Virus record (IMG/VR): IMGVR_UViG_3300025121_000014
Span: 160,001 to 224,000 of that record
From: a virus
Lineage: Duplodnaviria; Caudoviricetes
DNA length: 64,000 nucleotides
Strand: one strand, 5' to 3'
Shown here: positions 30,256-39,206 of the stretch, piece after piece
Layout: every line of letters starts with the position of its first letter
Numbering within the stretch: position 1 is the stretch's first letter
Position numbers and translations under genes: made by a program
Notes under the pieces: generated by a model
The model's input: only the letters and a program-made list of their open reading frames with translations
Databases searched by the model: none
Told to the model about the DNA's origin: nothing

Positions 30256-31042
30256 TCAATTTTAAATTTATTTTTATTTCTTGATGACAAGATATATTAT
30301 TAATATTATCAAAATCTTTCATATCTATAATATAATCATCTAAATATTTATCATTTAATTCGTCAATATTTTCATTGCCATGTTTATTTGGATTATTATT
30401 TTGAACTATATTACAAGGATTATTAATTATAATTGATTTTTGATAACATATCATTTTTGGTAAATTTATTGGTTTAACTGCCATATTTCCTTCAAACGAA
30501 TTAGGATTTGTATAATTCATATATAATATATATGGTAATATTTCATTAGTTCTAAATATATTACCATCTACTGACATAGGATAACCATAATCTCCTTTTT
30601 GATTTCTCCAATAAAATATATTATCATTATCAAAATCTGGATTAGAAATAGGAATAGATGCAGCATAACAATAAGTTAATCCAGGTTGTAATCTTAAACT
30701 TCTACATAATATTTCTTTATCATTTTTAAAAATATTCATTTGATTATCAAAGAAATCAAAATCATTTTTAAAAACAATATCATCAACAAAAAATGTAGTA
30801 AATTCATTTGATTGATTAACTAAATTAATTAAATCTAATTTAAAATACTTTTCTATTACAAAATTAATATGATGGAATTTATTAATTAATTTATCATATC
30901 CATTCTTAAAAGAATCATTTGAATATGTATATAATACATTAATAATATATTTATCATAATCTTTAACATATTTAATAAAACTTCTAATAAATAAATCTAA
31001 TTGCAATGCTCTATCTTTACTGAATACTATTATATTTATCAT
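30245..31042 (-). CDS. GT-A-like glycosyltransferase
   Basis: FSKDRALQLD, FFVDDIVF and YPMSVDGNIFR. Confidence 0.6.
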   Translation of the reverse strand: MINIIVFSKDRALQLDLFIRSFIKYVKDYDKYIINVLYTYSNDSFKNGYDKLINKFHHINFVIEKYFKLDLINLVNQSNEFTTFFVDDIVFKNDFDFFDNQMNIFKNDKEILCRSLRLQPGLTYCYAASIPISNPDFDNDNIFYWRNQKGDYGYPMSVDGNIFRTNEILPYILYMNYTNPNSFEGNMAVKPINLPKMICYQKSIIINNPCNIVQNNNPNKHGNENIDELNDKYLDDYIIDMKDFDNINNISCHQEIKINLKLNEK

Positions 31043-31968
31043 TTTATATTTTCTTCATAAATTTTTATAGTCTGTTTAATTCCATCATCTAAATTAATTT
31101 TAGGTTTCCAACCTAAATTATTTATTTTAGAAGTATCTAATTGTTTTCTAAATGTACCATTTGGTTTACTATCATCCCATATTATATTACCTTTAAAATC
31201 ATAAGCTAATGCTATTTTTGTAGCTAATTCTTTTATTGTTAAATCTATACCAGTACCAACATTTAACGGAATAACACCATCATAATTTAACATTAAAAAT
31301 AACATAGCATCAGATAAATCATCAACATGTAAAAATTCTCTATAAACAGAACCATCACCCCATAATGTTACATCACTTTTATTTATTTTTGCTTCATAAA
31401 ATTTTCTAATTAATGCAGCAAATACGTGTGATTTATTTAAATCATAATTATCTTTTATTGATCCATATAAATTAGTTGGCATAACTGATATGAAATTACA
31501 CCCATATTGTTTTTTATAACTTTCTGCCATTTTTAAACCAGCAATTTTTGCAATAGCATATGGTTCATTTGTTTGCTCTAATTCACTAGTTAATAAATAT
31601 TCTTCTTTTATTGGTTGTGGGCAATTTTTAGGATATATACAAGAACTTCCTAATAATAATAATTTTTTAACTCCAAATTCTTTTGAATTATGAATAATAT
31701 TAGATTGCATCATAATATTATTATAAATGTAATCAGCTCTACGAATATTATTATCATAAATTCCACCTACTAAACCAGCACACATAAAAATATATTCAGG
31801 CATCATACTATTAAAAAACATTTTTGTTTTATATTGATCAGTTAAATCTAATTCATTACTAGATAGTGTTATTAAATTACTATAACCTTCTTGTTTTAAT
31901 TTATTGACCATTGCAGATCCAACTAAACCATTATGCCCTGCAATATAAATTCTACTATCTTTATTCAT
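31039..31968 (-). CDS. fcl: GDP-L-fucose synthase (Fcl/ColC family)
   Basis: AGHNGLVGSA, LGSSCIYPK, TNEPYAIAKIAG, MPTNLYG, WGDGSVYREFLHVDD and KPNGT. Confidence 0.96.
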   Translation of the reverse strand: MNKDSRIYIAGHNGLVGSAMVNKLKQEGYSNLITLSSNELDLTDQYKTKMFFNSMMPEYIFMCAGLVGGIYDNNIRRADYIYNNIMMQSNIIHNSKEFGVKKLLLLGSSCIYPKNCPQPIKEEYLLTSELEQTNEPYAIAKIAGLKMAESYKKQYGCNFISVMPTNLYGSIKDNYDLNKSHVFAALIRKFYEAKINKSDVTLWGDGSVYREFLHVDDLSDAMLFLMLNYDGVIPLNVGTGIDLTIKELATKIALAYDFKGNIIWDDSKPNGTFRKQLDTSKINNLGWKPKINLDDGIKQTIKIYEENIK

Positions 31969-31970
31969 TA

Positions 31971-32711
31971 TTATATTTTATTTTTTAATTCATCATATAA
32001 TGGTTTATCTCTAATATATTTTGAAGTTTTTAATTGTTCTATCGTATTTATTTTCATATCATTTATGGGATTTAAATCATTATAAACATATAATATATCA
32101 TCAATAAATTTTACATGATTTTTACCACACAATTCTAATAAAGGATAAATATAAGACGCATCACTTGCAACTTTAAAATATTCACCGTTTTCATTTCTTA
32201 AATCTTTATCATCAATTAATTTCCATAATTTATTTTTAAATGTTCTTAAATGACCAGCAAACCAATTTCCACTTTTTCTATAAGTTCTAAAATTTAAAAT
32301 ATCTTTACAATATTTACCATAAGAACCACTTAATGGTATAAATTGACCATATGTCATATAAATATTATCATCTTGATATACATCGTTTAAATATGATAAT
32401 ACTTTATCATTATATAAAAAATCATCCCCATCAACCATAACTATTATATCTTCTTTATCATCAGAATATAAATTAATTCCCTTAACAAAATTAGCCAATG
32501 GTGTATTAAGTCTGACATCATTTTTTATTAATTCAAAATCATATTTGTTGTGTAAATAACTTAATTTTTTATATGTACTATCAGTTGAATTATCATCAAT
32601 AACTATAATATTATAATTATTATAATCTTGCATAAGTACAGAATTCATACATTTTTCTATATATTGTTCAGCATTATAAACTGGTATTATTATAATAAAT
32701 TTATTTTCCAT
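31971..32711 (-). CDS. GT2 glycosyltransferase
   Basis: IIPVYNAE, IDDNSTD and VDGDD. Confidence 0.9.
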   Translation of the reverse strand: MENKFIIIIPVYNAEQYIEKCMNSVLMQDYNNYNIIVIDDNSTDSTYKKLSYLHNKYDFELIKNDVRLNTPLANFVKGINLYSDDKEDIIVMVDGDDFLYNDKVLSYLNDVYQDDNIYMTYGQFIPLSGSYGKYCKDILNFRTYRKSGNWFAGHLRTFKNKLWKLIDDKDLRNENGEYFKVASDASYIYPLLELCGKNHVKFIDDILYVYNDLNPINDMKINTIEQLKTSKYIRDKPLYDELKNKI

Positions 32712-32714
32712 TTT

Positions 32715-33575
32715 TTATAAAATATGTTTAATTAAATTTGAAAAAGTTATTCTATATCTATGATAATTTTCTTCATTTATCCCATTATTAACTTCTTGTG
32801 ATGCTGCATGACCACCATACCAATGATAACCAATCGATTCTTCGCTAAAATCACCAATGTCAAAACCAGTTCTATAATTATCAATTATTCTACTCCAATC
32901 ATAATGATAAACTAATGATGTTGGAATACTATAATGTTTTAAGAATGGAAAGTTTTGTTGTAAATCCGGAAAAATATTAGCATTTGATCTATTTTTTCCA
33001 AACATACTATAAATAGCATCAACTCCATAAGATTGATAATTATTAGAACCATCTATATTAAATATACTTTTATATAATTTTTTATAAAAATTATTACCTT
33101 CTTTACTACCTAAAAATCCAATAGCAACATAATTATGTTGCTGATATAATATAGTATCGTAATCATTTTCAATTATTTTATTATATTCATTATCAAATGG
33201 TCTAAAATATAATATATCCATATCTGAATAAAAACCACCATTTTTATATAAATCATAATATCTGAACATATCACTTTTATGAACTGGTGATATATTTTTA
33301 AATTTTTCTCTTAAATTATCTGGGATATCTATATCTTCAAAATTTATTATTGTAATACCTAAATCTTTTACATGATCTAAATAATCATCACCTATATAAT
33401 TAGAAAAATCCTGTTGTTCAGGTCCAATCCATTCTTTACTAATATGCTTGTTATCAGAATGATATAATATTATATCCCAATCTGGATTCATTTTTTTGAA
33501 AGAAAATAATGTCATATATCTCATCCAAGATAATTTTTCACCACTCCAATAAAAAAACATTCTTTTTGGTATCAT
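32715..33575 (-). CDS. GT32-like DXD glycosyltransferase
   Basis: IPKRMFFYW, KSDMFRY...GGFYSDMD and YHWYGG. Confidence 0.82.
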   Translation of the reverse strand: MIPKRMFFYWSGEKLSWMRYMTLFSFKKMNPDWDIILYHSDNKHISKEWIGPEQQDFSNYIGDDYLDHVKDLGITIINFEDIDIPDNLREKFKNISPVHKSDMFRYYDLYKNGGFYSDMDILYFRPFDNEYNKIIENDYDTILYQQHNYVAIGFLGSKEGNNFYKKLYKSIFNIDGSNNYQSYGVDAIYSMFGKNRSNANIFPDLQQNFPFLKHYSIPTSLVYHYDWSRIIDNYRTGFDIGDFSEESIGYHWYGGHAASQEVNNGINEENYHRYRITFSNLIKHIL

Positions 33576-34354
33576 TATTTATTTATATTTTTTGCTTTAT
33601 AATCTATTTCGTGTAACATTTGATTATATAATGTATAGTTTTTTTTAAATTTTGGATCGTTATAATATGAACTTAATCCGTGAAATTGATGAACAACAAA
33701 AGGTCTATCTATAATTTGTATATTCATTTTTTTTCTTTTTATTCTTTCTAAAAATTCATTATCATCCCAAGCAATACCATCCGCAAATCTCTCATCAAAT
33801 CCACCTAAATCATCTAAATCAGATTTCATTATTGATGAACAAAAATGTAACATACCTGGTTTAAATTTTGAATGGTTATACCAAGCTGTTTCACCGTCAA
33901 CTCTAGTAGCCCTATTATTTAAAGGATTTAATATTTTTCCAATTTGATTAATATGTTTTGTAATTTCTTTTGTAATTCTTTCATCAACAGAATAACAAGC
34001 AAAATTTAAATACATATTTTCTTGTATGTTATTTATAGTATAATCTATAATATCTCCAAAATGTAAACATTCTGGATTTTGTAATATTATAACATCACCT
34101 TTTACTTCTTTAAAACCAATATTAAAAGGTACACAAGGATTAGACCACCATTTATTATTTTTTTCTATTCTTATTATTTTTAAATTTAAATCAAATTGAT
34201 CTATAAAATCGTCTAATTTATGAATATCTTCACTAGCATCATCTACTACTATTATTTCTATATCATTTTTATGTTTAGAATTTTCAATTGTTTTTAATGT
34301 ATTAAAAAATAATTGTTTTCTATTATAATATGCTGTTACTATTGATACTTTCAT
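33575..34354 (-). CDS. GT2 glycosyltransferase, paralog of 27181-27993
   Basis: AYYNRK, VDDAS, ILQNPEC and GGFDERFADGIAWDDNEF. Confidence 0.88.
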   Translation of the reverse strand: MKVSIVTAYYNRKQLFFNTLKTIENSKHKNDIEIIVVDDASEDIHKLDDFIDQFDLNLKIIRIEKNNKWWSNPCVPFNIGFKEVKGDVIILQNPECLHFGDIIDYTINNIQENMYLNFACYSVDERITKEITKHINQIGKILNPLNNRATRVDGETAWYNHSKFKPGMLHFCSSIMKSDLDDLGGFDERFADGIAWDDNEFLERIKRKKMNIQIIDRPFVVHQFHGLSSYYNDPKFKKNYTLYNQMLHEIDYKAKNINK

Positions 34355-35193
34355 ATATTTTTAATTTTTCCAAAATCTTTAATTTTTTCTATATATTCTA
34401 AAAATTCAATATTGTTCATTTTTTTAATAGATTCATATAATTTTTTATTTTCCTCTATTCTAGAATAATAATTATTTAAAACATCAAATTTATTTTTACC
34501 TGAAAAATGATATAAATGTAAACAATTATATTTATCATCATAAAAAATATTTAGTCCAAAATTTTTAATTTTTATATCTACAATATCATCTTCATGTGCA
34601 TAACCATAACAATTTTCATCAAAGCCTTTAATTTTTAAATAATCACTTTTTCTTATAAAAAATGAACCACCAGTCAAAACACCTAAATCTTTTCCCGAAG
34701 TAACTGTTTTCATAGATGATAATTTATTAAAATCTAATTCTTTTGTATAAAATAAATGACTATTTATGTAATTTAAATAACTTATACTAGAATATGGCTT
34801 TACTACATCAAATTCTTTACTATCAATTAATTCAATATATTCATATGCTTTTTTATGCACAACTATATCACCATCTTGAAATATTAAATTATCGTATTTA
34901 CAATTATTAACTCCAATATTATAACCCCAACCTTTATTAAAAACACCATCATTCTTAACAAAAATGTGATTGATTTCTATATTTTTATTAAATTTTATAT
35001 TATTTAACCAATCTATAGTAGATTTATTATCTTGTTCAACAATTACAATTTCGGTATTATATTTTAAATTATCATTAATATATTCTAATATCTTAATAAT
35101 ATTGAATTTTCTATAATTTTGATAATTTTTATAATTTACATTTTTATTAAAATGTGATTCTTTATAAGAAATTATAATTGATACGTTGTTCAT
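34351..35193 (-). CDS. GT2/GT7 (galactosyltransferase-like) glycosyltransferase
   Basis: FNKGWGYNIG, FQDGD and GFDENCYGYAHEDD. Confidence 0.82.
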   Translation of the reverse strand: MNNVSIIISYKESHFNKNVNYKNYQNYRKFNIIKILEYINDNLKYNTEIVIVEQDNKSTIDWLNNIKFNKNIEINHIFVKNDGVFNKGWGYNIGVNNCKYDNLIFQDGDIVVHKKAYEYIELIDSKEFDVVKPYSSISYLNYINSHLFYTKELDFNKLSSMKTVTSGKDLGVLTGGSFFIRKSDYLKIKGFDENCYGYAHEDDIVDIKIKNFGLNIFYDDKYNCLHLYHFSGKNKFDVLNNYYSRIEENKKLYESIKKMNNIEFLEYIEKIKDFGKIKNI

Positions 35194-35225
35194 ATAATAT
35201 ATATTACATAGAATCAGTTCTAAAC

Positions 35226-35253
35226 AAAAAAAAGGGATATTTAATCTCCCTTT
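35226..35253 (-). terminator. Rho-independent terminator at the end of the topoisomerase gene
   Basis: AAAGGGA/TCCCTTT stem followed by a T tract on the minus strand. Confidence 0.6.
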
Positions 35254-37388
35254 CTAAACTTTCGAACTTCTTTTTTCAGTTCTAATAAATCTTTATGCCA
35301 CATTTGTTCAATAGATATATCAGTAATTATTTTAATTTCTTTTTTTAATTCATCAAATTCCTCTTTTAATTTTACTAATTCTTCTTTTGATAATTTATAT
35401 AAAGGAATTGATAATAAATAATTATATGAATCTTCTATTTTATCTAATTTATTTGTATCTAAAGATAATAAAATTTTATCCATAGGAATGTTATTTATTA
35501 AAATTGTACCATTCAATACTAACTTAATAAATTTCATTATATTAGATAAACGTTTATATTTTAAATCCAATTTATTAAGAATATATTCTTTTCTATCAGT
35601 ATAATATACTATTCTATTATTATAAAAATCATCTATTATTTCATATTGATTTTCATATTTTTTAATTTTCCCTACAATATCAAATAAATGCATATTTGAC
35701 ATATTTAATTTAGAAGTTAATTCAAAAATATTATATAAATCTTCATCCGTATATGATTGTAAAATTTCTCTTGATATTCTAATTTTAATATTAACTTTTG
35801 TATCAGTACAATATTTAATATACGATTTAATTATCTTATCATCAATTAATTTATCTAATGTTAAATAATATTTATCATTCCAGACACCAATAGGTAATTC
35901 TGTTATATTTAAAGTCGTGGTATTAATTCTATTTATAATACCTTTAGTTATATAAACCTTATTATCTTTATCATAAATAATATCTCCTTTAAAACCTTCA
36001 TAAAATGGATTTAAATCAATGTTCTTTTTTTTATTATTTAATTTATTAATAATGTAATCAGTTAAATCTTCAATTTTAAAAGATGGTATAAAGGATGACC
36101 AACCAGTACCTACACCATAGCTACCATTTAATAATATATTTGGAATAATTGGAATATAAAAAACTGGTTCTACTATTTTTCCATCATTTTCAGAATATTT
36201 TATAATATTATTATCAACTTGCATAAAAATTAGTTTGGTTATATCTCTTAATTTAGTATGAATATAACGAGGTGCTGAACTATCTTTACCACCAGATAAT
36301 CTTGTACCAAATCCACCAATAGGTTCAATTAAACTTATATTGTTAGAACCAACATAATCTTGAGCCATATTTATAATACCTTGATCTAATGAAGCAGATC
36401 CATGATGGTATTCCGCATTAGCTTTAACATGACCAAATAATTCACCGACATTTAATTCACCTCTATTTCCTAATTTAAATAAAGTGAATAATATTTTTCT
36501 CTGTGAAGGTTTTAATCCATCCATAACTGAAGATATATTACGAATATTATCTGCCATACTATATTCTATAAATTCATCATTCATAAAAGAATCATATGTA
36601 GTTTTACCAACAAATTTATCTACAATATTATTAGGATTATAATTTAATAACCATTCTTTTCTATCATCGGCTCTTTTATTTCTAAAAGCCAAATCAATTA
36701 AATCTTCTGTTTTTTCAGGATTTTCATAATTAAATTTAATAAGATGTTTAGATATATTTTTAAAAAATACTTTACCAACTCCTCTTTCAATTGTACCAAG
36801 ACCTTTATAATATTTTATATAATAACCTTTACCATTATCTGTAGTTTTTAACCAATGATTAAATTCTGATACTCTATAAAAGAATTTTTCAATTTTACCT
36901 TTTTTAGCTTTTGATATAGGTGTTACAAATTCATATAAAAAATCTATTTTTAATAATTCTGGCCAAAATGTATCAAATAAATTAATTAATAATCCTTTTA
37001 TATGATAACCATCTAGATCTGCGTCACTCATTATGACAACTTTACCATATCTTAAAGTTTTTATATTTTTATATTTTTTACCAAATTCTAAACCAAGAAT
37101 TTGCATTAAATTTTTTATTTCATCATTTTCTTTTATCTTTTTTAAAGTAGTGTCTCTTACATTTAATGGTTTTCCTTTTAATGGAAATGCACCATAATAA
37201 TCTCTACCAGTTTCAGAAAATCCAGCAATTGCAAGAGATTTAGCGGAATTGTGAGAAATTATACCATTTGATAATGTAAAACTTTCATCATCTACCGATA
37301 TATCAACCATATTTACATATTCATCGTTATATTCAATAGAATCTATTTCTACTAATTCCAAAAAATTATTTTCTATCATTATTTTCAA
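35241..37388 (-). CDS. Type IIA topoisomerase, C-terminal part (TOPRIM + GyrA-like), preceded by intein C-fragment
   Basis: ...IISHN|SAKSLA, PLKGKPLNV, MSDADLDG, YYKGLGT, DGLKPSQRK, YHHGSASL and SAPRY (active Tyr). Confidence 0.93.
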   Translation of the reverse strand: MKIMIENNFLELVEIDSIEYNDEYVNMVDISVDDESFTLSNGIISHNSAKSLAIAGFSETGRDYYGAFPLKGKPLNVRDTTLKKIKENDEIKNLMQILGLEFGKKYKNIKTLRYGKVVIMSDADLDGYHIKGLLINLFDTFWPELLKIDFLYEFVTPISKAKKGKIEKFFYRVSEFNHWLKTTDNGKGYYIKYYKGLGTIERGVGKVFFKNISKHLIKFNYENPEKTEDLIDLAFRNKRADDRKEWLLNYNPNNIVDKFVGKTTYDSFMNDEFIEYSMADNIRNISSVMDGLKPSQRKILFTLFKLGNRGELNVGELFGHVKANAEYHHGSASLDQGIINMAQDYVGSNNISLIEPIGGFGTRLSGGKDSSAPRYIHTKLRDITKLIFMQVDNNIIKYSENDGKIVEPVFYIPIIPNILLNGSYGVGTGWSSFIPSFKIEDLTDYIINKLNNKKKNIDLNPFYEGFKGDIIYDKDNKVYITKGIINRINTTTLNITELPIGVWNDKYYLTLDKLIDDKIIKSYIKYCTDTKVNIKIRISREILQSYTDEDLYNIFELTSKLNMSNMHLFDIVGKIKKYENQYEIIDDFYNNRIVYYTDRKEYILNKLDLKYKRLSNIMKFIKLVLNGTILINNIPMDKILLSLDTNKLDKIEDSYNYLLSIPLYKLSKEELVKLKEEFDELKKEIKIITDISIEQMWHKDLLELKKEVRKFRKGD
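37248..37388 (-). mobile_element. Split intein C-terminal fragment (IntC, 47 aa)
   Basis: Block F VNMVDISVDDESFTLSNG; block G IISHN followed by Ser+1. Confidence 0.88.
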
Positions 37389-38649
37389 TTTTATTTTGTA
37401 TAAATTTTATTATTTTATCTTTTTTATCTTTTTCAAAATCCCATATAACTAATACATCAAAATTATTATTTTTACATAAATTTAATTTATCGATATCTTT
37501 ATTATAAACATCTTCTGCATTTAATTCTTTATTAAACGGATGTTCCCAATTATCCCATTCGTCTTTAGTGTAAATTTCTTTATTAGGATGCCAAATTTTA
37601 CCATTATATTCAATAATAATTTTATAATCTAATAAAGTATAATCATAAAAATATATTAAATCTTTATCATTATTTTTTAAAAAATATTCGTTTTTACCAT
37701 ACAAACCATTGATGTTTAAATATTTATCAACATCTTTAAATATTTTTATTGATTCATTTGAATAAAAATTACTATTTCGTATTTTACTTAGCCAATTATT
37801 TCTTCTGATAATACCATCTATTTCTCCATATAATTTAGTGAAATTATCTACTGATAAATAATAACTTTTTTGTGATATATAATCGTTATACTTTTTATTA
37901 CCATCTATACCATATCTAAATATAAAACTATTCAATGTTTGTTTACATTTATTTGTTTTTATTCTGAATTCAAATAATGCTAATTCCTCATTTCCTTTAT
38001 TTTTTTTTATAAAATGTTGTAATGACGAACTATCTTTCTTACTGCATATTTCATTAAATATTTTTGTTCCTTTTATTTCTCCATACTTTTCAATATAATA
38101 ACTAATAGTATGTGAATATTTTAATTTATTTTTAAAATTGTTAAACTTAGTTTTATCTCCATTAAAAAAATTCATATCTCTTGTTTGATATTTTTTATAT
38201 ATTTTTATATCTTTATGGTTTTCTTTATAAAATGGAGATTTATTCCTTTTATGAATAAATTCTAAAGCATCATCTTTAGATAAATTTAATGATTTGGATA
38301 CAAATTCAACTGAGTTTGGATTTAGTTTTTTCCCATAACAATTTTTATTTTTACCCCTACAATAAAATTTACTGTAAATAATTTTAACATCTTTTATTAA
38401 ACACCCATTTTTATATTTTTCTAATTCGTATTCTAATTCATAATCTGAATATGAATCACAAAAACCACATTTTTTTATTTCTTTATTTAAATAATTAATT
38501 AAATAAAAATCTAATGTAAAATTAAATTTTTTAATAAGTGATAATTTTAATGATTGTATAATTCTTTTTTTATTATAATTATTAGAATCTATAAATGATT
38601 TTATAGACATTCTAACATATTTATCGTTCATTATGTAATATACATTCAT
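37366..38649 (-). CDS. Free-standing putative homing endonuclease (Vsr/DUF559-like C-terminus)
   Basis: YFYDY...IIIEYNGKIWH nuclease motif, repeated (Y/F)xxxYG units and Cys pairs. It lies in a different frame between IntN and IntC, with its own AATATATAA motif at 38654-38662. Confidence 0.75.
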   Translation of the reverse strand: MNVYYIMNDKYVRMSIKSFIDSNNYNKKRIIQSLKLSLIKKFNFTLDFYLINYLNKEIKKCGFCDSYSDYELEYELEKYKNGCLIKDVKIIYSKFYCRGKNKNCYGKKLNPNSVEFVSKSLNLSKDDALEFIHKRNKSPFYKENHKDIKIYKKYQTRDMNFFNGDKTKFNNFKNKLKYSHTISYYIEKYGEIKGTKIFNEICSKKDSSSLQHFIKKNKGNEELALFEFRIKTNKCKQTLNSFIFRYGIDGNKKYNDYISQKSYYLSVDNFTKLYGEIDGIIRRNNWLSKIRNSNFYSNESIKIFKDVDKYLNINGLYGKNEYFLKNNDKDLIYFYDYTLLDYKIIIEYNGKIWHPNKEIYTKDEWDNWEHPFNKELNAEDVYNKDIDKLNLCKNNNFDVLVIWDFEKDKKDKIIKFIQNKIENNDRK

Positions 38650-38696
38650 ACCGTTATATATTAATTATTGAAAATGTGTTTTTGATGGAAGGTATA

Positions 38697-39206
38697 TTAT
38701 ATTTTATCATAATCAACTAAAAAATGTATATTTTTATCAATTTTATCACATTCTAACATAATTATAGAATTATCATTAATATTAAAAACTGAAAATTTAT
38801 GATTATTTGTAGATAGTATTTCATCACCATCGATATAAATAATTTTATTAAATTTATCATCTTTAATATTTTTTATATCATTAATTTTTACTAATCCATT
38901 AAAATTAATATTTTTATTTATTATCATTTTATGTATTTTTATATCTATATCTTTTGTTCTTACAAAAAGAAAATCATTTTTAATTTTATCATAAATAAAC
39001 CATTTATGATTTTCTGAACATATTAATATTTCACCGTTTTTTAAATTTATGGTAACACTTTTTTCTATTTTTTTTGTAATATTTGTGATTAATTTAAAAT
39101 TTGATTTATGTGTAATTACAACATCATCTAATTTAACATCTTTTATTTTAATTTTTAATTTTTCACTATCTCTTAATATTGTAATTAATGTTTCTTCATA
39201 TAAACA
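38697..39206 (-). mobile_element. Split intein N-terminal fragment (IntN, 169 aa)
   Basis: Block A CLYEETLI begins at Cys431. Block-B-like CSENHKW is followed 69 aa later by STNNHKF. The ORF ends with TAA. Confidence 0.85.

Noticed and set aside
9879-35193. Ordinary bacterial O-antigen/capsule locus or chimeric host contig
   Set aside because: No wzx, wzy, wzz or ABC genes were recognised. Composition and promoter motifs match the flanking phage genes, with no visible junction.
37366-38696. Single contiguous intein with an in-frame homing endonuclease
   Set aside because: IntN ends in TAA, and the endonuclease is in a different frame with its own start and promoter motif. Only an assembly double-frameshift could rescue this.
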